DNA from: an uncultured Clostridia bacterium
GTDB taxonomy: Bacteria > Bacillota > Clostridia > Christensenellales > UBA1242
Reading direction: 5' to 3'
Assembly: GCA_937915245.1 (NCBI GenBank)
Contig: CALDLU010000075.1
Coordinates: forward strand, 1-34,016
Length of the DNA stretch: 34,016 bases
Shown here: piece after piece, positions 26,234 to 33,810 of the stretch
How the letters are laid out: every line of letters begins with the position of its first letter
Numbering within the stretch: the first letter of the stretch is position 1
Program-made: the position numbers and the translations under genes
Notes under the pieces: generated by a model
Seen by the model: the letters and a program-made list of their open reading frames with translations, nothing else
Databases searched by the model: none
What the model was told of the DNA's origin: nothing

Positions 26234-26260
26234 AAAAAAAGATTGTAAGCCCCCTTACAA
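26234..26260 (-). terminator. intrinsic terminator facing leftward transcription out of the AT-rich region
   Basis: 7-bp stem TTGTAAG/CTTACAA with a CCCC loop (26243-26260), followed on the minus strand by TCTTTTTTT. Confidence 0.5.
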
Positions 26261-26269
26261 AAAATATGT

Positions 26270-26640
26270 ATATATCTATATAAATATATATACTAAACAT
26301 ATAACATAACAAATAAATAATAAATGTACTATATATATATATATATAGTACTACATAATTAAATATACATATTACATAATACTAATAGTATATATACTAA
26401 ATAAAACACATACTATATACACTATATATATAGTACTAATAATATATATACTATACTATGCTTTAGTATATACTAATACTAATAATTTAATACTATAATA
26501 CTAAAATATAGTATGATACTAAGATTTATCAAATAATTAGAATAAATGGGAATATATAATAATAATATGTAAATATATAGATACTAAATATCATATATAT
26601 GATAATAATTAATAATAAAATATAATAAAATACAAAAAAA
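26270..26640. repeat. AT-rich low-complexity region with about 7 degenerate ATATATA(G)TACTAA iteron-like copies
   Basis: Copies lie near 26283, 26337, 26383, 26424, 26443, 26466 and 26574. The only ORF on the track here is an implausible Ile/Tyr/Phe-rich one. Confidence 0.6.
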
Positions 26641-26643
26641 GTA

Positions 26644-26689
26644 TTGCAATTTACAATATAATGTGATACAATTATATTGTAATTGAGAG
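26644..26689 (+). promoter_or_regulatory. early promoter TTGCAA-17-TGaTACAAT overlapped by a 12-bp inverted repeat (operator candidate)
   Basis: -35 at 26644-26649 and extended -10 at 26664-26672. Inverted-repeat arms are TTACAATATAAT (26651-26662) and ATTATATTGTAA (26671-26682). Confidence 0.65.
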
Positions 26690-26703
26690 AGGATTGATAA
26701 ATA

Positions 26704-26895
26704 ATGATTTTAAAAATCAAAAGAAAAAAATTAAAGTTAAAAAGAAAGGTCAAGCAGATAATATATATACTAATATGTATTACTATACTAATTATATTAT
26801 ATTATATAGTTAATAATATAACTAATAATAATTATAATAAATGTGTAAAATATAATAGTGATGTATCATTTATCTGTGAAGATTTAAAAAAATAA
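26704..26895 (+). CDS. 63-aa small membrane protein (basic N-terminus, one TM)
   Basis: RBS GAGAGAGGA. Sequence: KRKKLKLKRKVK followed by IIYILICITILIILYYIV. Confidence 0.5.
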   Translation: MILKIKRKKLKLKRKVKQIIYILICITILIILYYIVNNITNNNYNKCVKYNSDVSFICEDLKK

Positions 26896-26909
26896 AGGAG
26901 GTGAAAAAG

Positions 26910-27056
26910 ATGATGCAATATAAAATTGATTTATATTTTGACAACAAAATAATATTTACAAATGATTTAAAAGAATATAAAAGCATATTACAAAATAATC
27001 CGTTTAAATTATACATAAAAATTAAAAATAAATATATTTTAGACGGTATTTACTAA
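26910..27056 (+). CDS. 48-aa hypothetical protein (below ORF-track cut-off)
   Basis: Strong RBS AAAGGAGGTGAAAAAG before the ATG at 26910. Translation: MMQYKIDLYFDNKIIFTNDLKEYKSILQNNPFKLYIKIKNKYILDGIY. Confidence 0.55.
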   Translation: MMQYKIDLYFDNKIIFTNDLKEYKSILQNNPFKLYIKIKNKYILDGIY

Positions 27057-27086
27057 ATTTTTAAAAAAAGGAAGGGATGAAAAAAT

Positions 27087-27272
27087 ATGAAAGATTTAGA
27101 AAAAAAGCAAAATGATGTAATTGTTTTATATGATTTATATCTAACATTATTTACAAATAAATTACTAAGTGATACTGATATAAATTATATATATAGTTTA
27201 GATAGTGATGAGTTAGATTTGTTTGTTAAATCAATTCAAAAAAAATTAGGAGGTGTTGAAAATGAAAAATAA
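27087..27272 (+). CDS. 61-aa hypothetical early protein
   Basis: Preceded by the duplicated GGAAGGGATGAAAAAAT initiation cassette. Confidence 0.55.
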   Translation: MKDLEKKQNDVIVLYDLYLTLFTNKLLSDTDINYIYSLDSDELDLFVKSIQKKLGGVENEK

Positions 27273-27684
27273 AGAATATTTTAAAATAAAAAACTTATAT
27301 AGTTTGAATAATTTAAATGATAAATGCAAAATATTATTAAATAATAGTAATAAATTAAGTGATGATATTAACCCAGATTTTTATGATTTTTATTTTTTAA
27401 ATAGTCTAGATTGGTTAATTGAAAATCAAAAAAAAATAAATAATGATTTTTATAATAATTTAGACAAATTAAAATTTGATGTAATATTTAGTAATTTAGA
27501 TGAGCGAGTAAATATCATTTTAAATATTAAAGATTTGGATGAATTTGCACAATATGTAAGCATTGCACCGTTTAAATTTTTAAAGAAAAAAAGACAAAAT
27601 GAAGTTTTAAAGCAATTTAACGAATTTATAAAAATTAAAAATCAATATAAAAAAATTAAATATTTTGACAGCATTAAAAGATAA
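27262..27684 (+). CDS. 140-aa hypothetical early protein
   Basis: ATG at 27262, 8 nt after AGGAGG. The protein is Asn/Lys/Asp-rich. Confidence 0.55.
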   Translation: MKNKEYFKIKNLYSLNNLNDKCKILLNNSNKLSDDINPDFYDFYFLNSLDWLIENQKKINNDFYNNLDKLKFDVIFSNLDERVNIILNIKDLDEFAQYVSIAPFKFLKKKRQNEVLKQFNEFIKIKNQYKKIKYFDSIKR

Positions 27685-27712
27685 TTTTTTAAAAAAAGGA
27701 AGGGATGAAAAA

Positions 27713-28204
27713 ATGAGAAAATTATTAATTGAAAATTTAATGAAAGATTTAAAAACTAGGCTCGATGATGAGGTGCTAGACTTATTTAGCTCAGGGGTTG
27801 AATACAGTAAAGACTGGTCTATTTATGATATTATTAGTGATGTAGCAGATAATAGCGTTGATATTTATAATGACGATTTGTTAGAATGGTGTAAGTATAA
27901 TTACACTTATGTTGAAAACGCTATCAGCGAGTTTGGTATTGCTACTGATACCGATAATAATCCAGATTTTATAAAATTGATTATGCAAGGACAGTTTTAT
28001 TGTCATGAACAATTATTTTATAATAATTTAGATGAATTTATATTGTATTATAAATTATATTATTTATTAAATAATAATGTAATTGAAATTAACGAAAATA
28101 AACTTGAAGATTTACAAAATACTTTTTGTGATAATAATAGCACTTTACAAGATGTTATTGATGAAATTAATGATATTTTAGAAAAAAACGGGGGTGTTGA
28201 ATAA
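27713..28204 (+). CDS. 163-aa acidic hypothetical early protein
   Basis: The ATG at 27713 follows the second copy of the GGAAGGGATGAAAAA cassette. Confidence 0.55.
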   Translation: MRKLLIENLMKDLKTRLDDEVLDLFSSGVEYSKDWSIYDIISDVADNSVDIYNDDLLEWCKYNYTYVENAISEFGIATDTDNNPDFIKLIMQGQFYCHEQLFYNNLDEFILYYKLYYLLNNNVIEINENKLEDLQNTFCDNNSTLQDVIDEINDILEKNGGVE

Positions 28205-28701
28205 TGAGCAAGATTTTTTTAGAAAATATAGAAAAATATTTTAAAAAAGACACAAGAAATAGAAAAATTATTTTTGAATATGAAAACAAAATAATTTTAA
28301 GTAATGCATACAGCATAATTATTTTGTTTAAAAATAATTTAAAAATTAGAGATGATAAAAAAATAAATGATTTAGTAAAAAAATATAATATAAAAAAATA
28401 TGATGATTTAGATTATTTGATAAAATATGGAAATGTATCTACGATTTTAAATTATTATAAAATGCTAGAAGATGTTGATTTTATTGATAAAATAGAAATT
28501 AATAATAAAATAAAATGTTTTTTCTTAAATAAAAAACAAGATATAAGTTATTTTATTGATGCATCATTTTTAAATAGTATAAATAAAATTATAAATAATA
28601 AATCTGGGATAATATTTAATAATATTGATAATGATTTTATTAATGTAAATGGTAATTCTGGTTATGCTTACATTTTAAAATGCAAAAATTATAAGGACTA
28701 A
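28204..28701 (+). CDS. 165-aa hypothetical early protein
   Basis: ATAATG overlap with the upstream stop. RBS GGGGGTG. Confidence 0.55.
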   Translation: MSKIFLENIEKYFKKDTRNRKIIFEYENKIILSNAYSIIILFKNNLKIRDDKKINDLVKKYNIKKYDDLDYLIKYGNVSTILNYYKMLEDVDFIDKIEINNKIKCFFLNKKQDISYFIDASFLNSINKIINNKSGIIFNNIDNDFINVNGNSGYAYILKCKNYKD

Positions 28702-28704
28702 CAA

Positions 28705-29166
28705 ATGAAAAACAGCCTGAATATCTTAACTCAGCAAAAACAACAAGAAATTGACGATAAAATTAAAGAAAAACAAAATAAAGAGATTTTACAATCTTTA
28801 AAAAAAGATATTATTATAATTTTAGATGATAAAATTAAAAAATATTATAATAAATATGGGGCATTTTACATTTTAAATAATGAGCAGGATATCATTGATG
28901 AAGTATTACAAAAATTAAATAAACTGTCAAATGATTATATTACTCATAATGTAGATTGTGATTATAACACTCTACCTGAATTAACCAAAATTGATTTGAT
29001 AAATGATTTATTTTATAATGAATTTAAAAAAATTAGACAAAGAGAAAAAGAAATCGAAAAAATAAAAAAAGAGATGGAAGAGCAAGAGGAATTGCCTAAA
29101 ATTGATGTACCTTTTCACACAAAAATGCATATAATAAGCAAATTAATAGATAAAATGATAAAATAA
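28705..29166 (+). CDS. 153-aa hypothetical early protein (coiled-coil rich)
   Basis: RBS AAGGA. This is the last gene of the plus-strand operon. Confidence 0.55.
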   Translation: MKNSLNILTQQKQQEIDDKIKEKQNKEILQSLKKDIIIILDDKIKKYYNKYGAFYILNNEQDIIDEVLQKLNKLSNDYITHNVDCDYNTLPELTKIDLINDLFYNEFKKIRQREKEIEKIKKEMEEQEELPKIDVPFHTKMHIISKLIDKMIK

Positions 29167-29187
29167 CCTTTAATTAGGTTATTTTTT
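29164..29187 (+). terminator. intrinsic terminator of the plus-strand early operon
   Basis: TAACCT-TTAATT-AGGTTA followed by TTTTTT. It overlaps the stop codon. Confidence 0.6.
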
Positions 29188-29392
29188 AATGTTTTAAAAT
29201 ACAACATTTTTAGCCATTTTACGAGGTTTTTACATTTTCTAATATAGTTAATCCTTTTTAATAAAAACATTCAAATTAAGCATATAAAAATATATAAAAA
29301 ACATATTATAAAAAATCACTAACAAATCATACTTGATAATGGTAACATTTGTTACGGTAACATTTGTTTCCATAACTCCCCTACCCTATCGC

Positions 29393-29420
29393 TTGACATT
29401 TTTTATTTTTTTGATATTTT
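29393..29420 (+). promoter_or_regulatory. orphan promoter TTGACA-16-TGaTATTTT
   Basis: Perfect -35 at 29393-29398 and an extended -10 at 29412-29420. It points rightward, antisense to the 29662..29883 gene, and no plus-strand ORF follows. Confidence 0.4.
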
Positions 29421-29614
29421 TCGTTCTTTTTTTACTTCTCTGGCACTTCTTGGAATGGAAAAAATAAAAATGGAATTTCCTTTTTGTGAAATTTTTTACT
29501 TTTGTCGTGGACTTCTCCCCAAAATTTTTTGGTTGTCGTTGGTAAGTGTTTATATATAGTGTTTTTTTTAATGTTTTGAGTACTTCTATATATATAAAAA
29601 ATAAAAATTTCTAT

Positions 29615-29657
29615 AAAAAAAAGACTATTTCAAGAATAATTTTCTCTTAAAATAGTC
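29615..29657 (-). terminator. intrinsic terminator of the minus-strand cluster
   Basis: 8-bp stem GACTATTT (29623-29630) / AAATAGTC (29650-29657), followed on the minus strand by T8 (29615-29622). Confidence 0.6.
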
Positions 29658-29661
29658 AAAA

Positions 29662-29883
29662 TTAACTGTTTTTGTGTGCTTTTTTGTAATCACGAGCATA
29701 TTTTCTTTTTTTGCTTCGATAATCTGGTTCAGCCCAATAATATTTTTTACTTTGTTTTGCTTCTTCTTTTTTATGAGATTTAGCATATGCAAGTCTATCT
29801 GCTTTCTTTTCTTCTCTATATTTTTTATTTTTCTTGTAATATTCTCTTGATTTTTTTGCGTTTTCTTTTTTAGATAAAGCCAT
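29662..29883 (-). CDS. 73-aa highly basic Lys/Tyr-repeat protein (possible nucleic-acid binder)
   Basis: RBS AAAGGAGAAATATT. It has repeated YYKKNKKYREEKK / SKKYYW / RKYARDYKK units. The overlapping 29625..29900 frame has no RBS. Confidence 0.6.
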   Translation of the reverse strand: MALSKKENAKKSREYYKKNKKYREEKKADRLAYAKSHKKEEAKQSKKYYWAEPDYRSKKRKYARDYKKAHKNS

Positions 29884-29939
29884 AATATTTCTCCTTTCAC
29901 ATATATTTTATCATATCTTCCATTAGTTTCTATGTTCTA

Positions 29940-30203
29940 TCATAGTATTATATCTTCTGGAGCATTAAGAAATTCCCAAATATACTCTTTCTTTGCTTGA
30001 GATATATTACCTTTTGAAAAGATGTAATACATATATAAGTGCTTTTCTTTGTATCCACATCTAACAAAGTTTCTTTTAAGTATATTCTTGTTTTCCATAA
30101 AATCTTTGTAACTGTAGAAACATAAAAAATCTTCTACAAATACGCAAGATTTATACCACTTATCAATTTCCTTTTGCCATTCATTTCCCTTTTTATTCAT
30201 CAT
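29940..30203 (-). CDS. 87-aa hypothetical protein
   Basis: ORF with an ATGA overlap to the upstream gene stop at 30200-30203. Confidence 0.5.
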   Translation of the reverse strand: MMNKKGNEWQKEIDKWYKSCVFVEDFLCFYSYKDFMENKNILKRNFVRCGYKEKHLYMYYIFSKGNISQAKKEYIWEFLNAPEDIIL

Positions 30204-30622
30204 AATTTAATCCTTCTCCTTACATATTCTTCTCTAATTAATGAATAACCTTTCTTTGTTCTAACACCACAATATTCTTTTTCAAAACTGCATAGACAAC
30301 TATGTATTCTACATAAGTTAGCATATAATATTTGTCTTCGTTCATTTTCATCAACTAATTCATTTGTAATATAATTAAATCTATCTTCATCAGTTCTCTG
30401 TATTGTATGCAAGTAATCGTGTGAAGTTTTTTGGTTTAATATAGCACCATTTTCTAATATATAGCCCTCATTAGGTAAGTGATATATCTTACTTTCTTGA
30501 TGGCTATAGATTAAATGATGGAAAGATAGGTCTTGCAATCTATTATAATGATAACCCATCATATCATAACCTAATTTATCTATTTTTAGTTCTTCTATTA
30601 ATATCTTTGTTTCTATTCTCAT
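30200..30622 (-). CDS. HNH nuclease
   Basis: LSFHHLIYSHQ...NGAILNQKTSHDYLH is an H-N-H pattern. I take the start as the ATG at 30622 (MRIETK...); the longer GTG start at 30655 has no RBS. Confidence 0.55.
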   Translation of the reverse strand: MRIETKILIEELKIDKLGYDMMGYHYNRLQDLSFHHLIYSHQESKIYHLPNEGYILENGAILNQKTSHDYLHTIQRTDEDRFNYITNELVDENERRQILYANLCRIHSCLCSFEKEYCGVRTKKGYSLIREEYVRRRIKL

Positions 30623-30737
30623 TAGATATTTTCCATAAATAATGCCTTTTAGCACTTGCTATAATACATAAAAAAATGGCAAAGAACCCCACTATGCCTA
30701 CTAAAATAATAGAGATAATGAACTTTACTATTGCCAT
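30576..30737 (-). CDS. 53-aa small membrane protein (below ORF-track cut-off)
   Basis: RBS AGGAGAATTAAT before the ATG at 30737. Translation: MAIVKFIISIILVGIVGFFAIFLCIIASAKRHYLWKISNENRNKDINRRTKNR. It overlaps the HNH start in another frame. Confidence 0.45.
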   Translation of the reverse strand: MAIVKFIISIILVGIVGFFAIFLCIIASAKRHYLWKISNENRNKDINRRTKNR

Positions 30738-30874
30738 ATTAATTCTCCTAAATTAAGGGAAAAAGCCATAAAACCCTATGAAAAGATAACTCGAGAGATA
30801 ACGATTGATAAACTCGTTACTTGGCTTTTTTAGTGATTGTTATGAATATCAAATTCTACACTTGATACTCTTTA

Positions 30875-30903
30875 AGTATATATCTTTTTTATTGAAAAGT
30901 CAA
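30875..30903 (-). promoter_or_regulatory. promoter TTGACT-17-TATACT
   Basis: Minus strand: -35 at 30903-30898 and -10 at 30880-30875, between the RHH gene and the small membrane/HNH genes. Confidence 0.5.
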
Positions 30904-30933
30904 TGACTAGAGATTGTAAGCCATTTGACAATA

Positions 30934-31146
30934 TTAATAATATCTATTTGTGTTTAGATATTTATTTCTCTTGGCTAATTCTTCTTTTTCTATTTTCTCT
31001 TTCTTTTCAATATCTTCTTCCATTAATCTTCTGATTTGTTTTTGATATGTTTTTGGATAATATGACCTAAATAACTCAAGAAATTTAGCATTAATATTAA
31101 ATGTTACTCTTGTATTTAGGTTATTTAATTCATTTTTATTTAACAT
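30934..31146 (-). CDS. ribbon-helix-helix (Arc/CopG-like) DNA-binding protein
   Basis: 70 aa. The N-terminal TRVTFNINAKFLELFRSYY fits the RHH beta-strand plus helix pattern. Confidence 0.45.
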   Translation of the reverse strand: MLNKNELNNLNTRVTFNINAKFLELFRSYYPKTYQKQIRRLMEEDIEKKEKIEKEELAKRNKYLNTNRYY

Positions 31147-31148
31147 TA

Positions 31149-31784
31149 TTATTCTCCTTTATGTTCAGTATCAGAATATTCTATAATTTTGTTGTTTTTC
31201 ATCCTTACATATTTAGTTACTATGTTCTTATAATTAATTACAAAACCCTCAACACTTCTATTAACTTTAGAACAATACTTTTCATAGATACTATCTAAAT
31301 ATTCCTTATTAGGTAAAACTTGTAATTCAGTAACTTCTGGAACTATACCAATAAAATTTGGAATTACATTACTAATAAATGGATATATAAATAATTCATG
31401 GTCATATATTAAATTATATAATTCAAAATCATCATTAACATTTGCTTTTGCAAACATATACCATCTTTTATCAAAAGTACCAATATCATATTTAATAGCC
31501 CCCATACCTAACCATTCACCACAAATAGCAGCATTATTGTATAATTCTCTATCAAGCACTTCTTTATTATCTAAAAGCCATTGATATAACCCTTTGTATA
31601 ATATACCCTTTTGTTCTTCTATCTCCGAAACTAAAATAATATTATTTCTTTGTGCTATGTATAATTCATCAAATTTTTTAAATATAACTAAATTACTACC
31701 ATCTAATTTTTCAGTTAAATATACTTTATCTCCTAAAATACTTATTCTTTTTGTTTTAGGATACATTGATTTTTTTATCATCAT
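31149..31784 (-). CDS. stand-alone Rnl2-like RNA ligase (nucleotidyltransferase domain only)
   Basis: Candidate motifs are I TEKLDGSN, III ICGEWLG, IV VEGFVINY and V KYVRMKNNK, in the canonical order and spacing of the RNA_ligase/Rnl2 adenylyltransferase fold. Size is 211 aa. Confidence 0.6.
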   Translation of the reverse strand: MMIKKSMYPKTKRISILGDKVYLTEKLDGSNLVIFKKFDELYIAQRNNIILVSEIEEQKGILYKGLYQWLLDNKEVLDRELYNNAAICGEWLGMGAIKYDIGTFDKRWYMFAKANVNDDFELYNLIYDHELFIYPFISNVIPNFIGIVPEVTELQVLPNKEYLDSIYEKYCSKVNRSVEGFVINYKNIVTKYVRMKNNKIIEYSDTEHKGE

Positions 31785-31999
31785 TTTTCATTCACCTCAT
31801 AACTTTCTAACCAATTTTTAAAATCAACAAAAACTTCATAATCAATATCTTTTGTATCATAAAAATCATTTAAATCTTCTAAATCTCTTAAAATTACTGA
31901 TTTTACCCTCTCATTGATTAATTGAGGGTTATTTTTAATATAATCGCATATTTGGAAAGTAACATAAGTTCTTCTCCCTAAAGCATATCTAAATGCCAT
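31781..31999 (-). CDS. 72-aa phage protein with RYALGRRTY motif (unknown function)
   Basis: The N-terminal FRYALGRRTYV motif recurs in many phage hypothetical proteins. Confidence 0.5.
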   Translation of the reverse strand: MAFRYALGRRTYVTFQICDYIKNNPQLINERVKSVILRDLEDLNDFYDTKDIDYEVFVDFKNWLESYEVNEK

Positions 32000-32024
32000 T
32001 AATACAATATCCTGTAATTCATAA

Positions 32025-32384
32025 TTAATCTCTAGCGCTTGGTTTTACACCTCTTTTCAACACTTCTAATGTTCCATGCCTCCAAAGTCTACAATAGCAA
32101 GCCCTACAATAACCTTTTGCATAATGCTCTTCTTTGCCACAATATGAGCATTTATTTTTGTATTTCCTATTTTTTAACCCCATATTGTGTTTAGCAATAG
32201 TTTGTAAACAACCACATGAACGAGTTCTGCCATAAAGAACATTCCATAGTGGAACTACTTTTATATTACCACATTCACATTGAACTTGGCATATTCTTCT
32301 ACCATCTTCATCTTTACCTAAATCTTCTATAATAGTCAGTTTTCCAGATTTAAAACCAACATAACTTCTACTTATCTTTCCCAT
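32025..32384 (-). CDS. double zinc-ribbon protein (putative DNA-binding)
   Basis: CECGN...SCGC and CSYCG...GYCRACYCRLWRHG Cys clusters. The N-terminal GKLTIIEDLG...C-x-C-x-CGN...SCGC layout is common in phage proteins. Confidence 0.5.
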   Translation of the reverse strand: MGKISRSYVGFKSGKLTIIEDLGKDEDGRRICQVQCECGNIKVVPLWNVLYGRTRSCGCLQTIAKHNMGLKNRKYKNKCSYCGKEEHYAKGYCRACYCRLWRHGTLEVLKRGVKPSARD

Positions 32385-32676
32385 TTTTATCCTTTCTTTG
32401 TTCTAACACACTTTTATAATAATCTATAGCACCTTCAATATATCTTTTTGTAAAACTCAATTTTTCTATTGCATATTCTGGGTGTATTTCTTTATCTTCA
32501 ACATACACTTCTAATACTGCTTGTATTCCCAATATGCTATCTACTGCATCTTTTAGAAATGCACTATCTCTTGAATGTGTTTCGTGATATTCTTTTATAA
32601 CTTCTAAATAATTCACGATTAAATCATGAAAATCGTTTCGCATAGAGATATACGTATTCATTTCTTCATTACTCAT
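32368..32676 (-). CDS. 102-aa hypothetical protein
   Basis: ORF in the operon with RBS GGAGGAATAAATTTT. No recognisable motif. Confidence 0.5.
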   Translation of the reverse strand: MSNEEMNTYISMRNDFHDLIVNYLEVIKEYHETHSRDSAFLKDAVDSILGIQAVLEVYVEDKEIHPEYAIEKLSFTKRYIEGAIDYYKSVLEQRKDKNGKDK

Positions 32677-32700
32677 AAAATTTATTCCTCCTTCCTACCA

Positions 32701-33018
32701 CTATAATCCAAAATGTACTAATTTAAGTAAATCATACATTTCATTCTTTAATTCCACTAATGTTGCCCCATCTTCACCAAAGTAATAATCTTCGTTTGAC
32801 AACGCACCTGTTATATCTATTAACTTTTTTACAATTTGTTCTAATGTATAAGTTTTTCCTTTATATTTATACTTATGATAAGTCATATCAATAACTTTAT
32901 TTGCATAGTCATAATATGCTTTGAGATGTTTATTCAACCATTTAATTAATGTGTAATCTAAAGAATAAGTTTCTTCTTTTAATATTTTTTCTTCTTTTTT
33001 CTTAGTTATTATTTTCAT
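32701..33018 (-). CDS. 105-aa hypothetical protein
   Basis: ORF with an ATGA overlap to the upstream gene. No recognisable motif. Confidence 0.5.
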   Translation of the reverse strand: MKIITKKKEEKILKEETYSLDYTLIKWLNKHLKAYYDYANKVIDMTYHKYKYKGKTYTLEQIVKKLIDITGALSNEDYYFGEDGATLVELKNEMYDLLKLVHFGL

Positions 33019-33302
33019 TTACTGCTCCTTGTCAAATATATTCTAAAAGTTCCTGTATCTTCATCTTTTGTAAAATCTATAACTTTAGTATTTAATAATT
33101 TTTTGGTTAAAGTATCATTTATTATTTCCATCTTGTAATCTTTTGAACCTAAATCATAAATACCAAATTCAAACCATTTTGTTTCACTAAATTCATCATA
33201 ATAAATACGAATAATATCAGTATCAGTCATATTTTTTTCTAATTTAACATTTTCATTATATCGACCAAAACTATATTTTTCTAAAACATCAATTAATTTC
33301 AT
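33015..33302 (-). CDS. 95-aa hypothetical protein
   Basis: ORF abutting the upstream stop. No recognisable motif. Confidence 0.5.
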   Translation of the reverse strand: MKLIDVLEKYSFGRYNENVKLEKNMTDTDIIRIYYDEFSETKWFEFGIYDLGSKDYKMEIINDTLTKKLLNTKVIDFTKDEDTGTFRIYLTRSSK

Positions 33303-33644
33303 TTATTCCTCCTCTATTAAACATTTAAATCCTATATTTTCGGTTTCTTTTGCCGTTTCACATATACCCTTAACCAATTCTGCTACATTTGAACTTACTA
33401 ATACCACATTTGTTATTTTTATTGCGACTAGATTAATCTTTTCTTCTTCATTTATTAGCAAGTAGCTATCATACATGTATTTTGTACAATCTATATTGTT
33501 AATTTTACAATATTCTTCCATATCTCCCTTATTTGCGAATATATAACACGTTAGTTTTTTTCTGCCCTTTTTATAGTTCGTTAACCTACATTTGAAAAAC
33601 ATTATATACCAATAGACTAACGATTTCAACTCAAGTCTGTTCAT
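33303..33644 (-). CDS. 113-aa hypothetical protein
   Basis: ORF in the operon. No recognisable motif. Confidence 0.5.
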   Translation of the reverse strand: MNRLELKSLVYWYIMFFKCRLTNYKKGRKKLTCYIFANKGDMEEYCKINNIDCTKYMYDSYLLINEEEKINLVAIKITNVVLVSSNVAELVKGICETAKETENIGFKCLIEEE

Positions 33645-33646
33645 TT

Positions 33647-33802
33647 TTATTTACCGCCCCCTACAACAATATCTTTCCATGTGATAGCAGTAACTAGGCT
33701 CATTAATCTATGTTCTTTTTCTGCTATCTTAATTAATCTGCATTTTAGTGCTTTCATTTCATCAAATAATTCTTTAATAGTTAATTTTTTCTCTAATATC
33801 AC
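33647..33802 (-). CDS. 51-aa hypothetical protein, GTG start (below ORF-track cut-off)
   Basis: GGAGGTTAA precedes the GTG at 33802. Translation: (M)ILEKKLTIKELFDEMKALKCRLIKIAEKEHRLMSLVTAITWKDIVVGGGK. The stop lies 2 nt before the next ATG. Confidence 0.4.
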   Translation of the reverse strand: MILEKKLTIKELFDEMKALKCRLIKIAEKEHRLMSLVTAITWKDIVVGGGK

Positions 33803-33810
33803 TTAACCTC

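Noticed and set aside
26529-26753. Minus-strand 74-aa ORF in the AT-rich region
   Set aside because: Its Ile/Phe/Tyr/Asn-only product arises from low-complexity AT DNA, it has no RBS, and it overlaps the early promoter.
29258-29383. 41-aa hydrophobic minus-strand ORF (METNVTVTNVTIIKYDLLVIF...), a possible type I toxin
   Set aside because: The Shine-Dalgarno spacing is poor (GGGGAG only 2 nt from the ATG). The NVTVTNVT repeat is simply the translated tandem DNA repeat. The nearby promoter points away and not antisense, so it is kept only as part of the orphan-region finding.
29625-29900. 91-aa alternative frame overlapping the basic-protein gene
   Set aside because: The 29662..29883 frame has a proper AAAGGAG RBS. 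The longer frame has none and runs through the terminator stem.
26240-30923. 12-nt identity AGATTGTAAGCC at 26240 and 30912
   Set aside because: Exact 12-mers are expected by chance many times in 34 kb of compositionally biased DNA, and the flanks show no further similarity.
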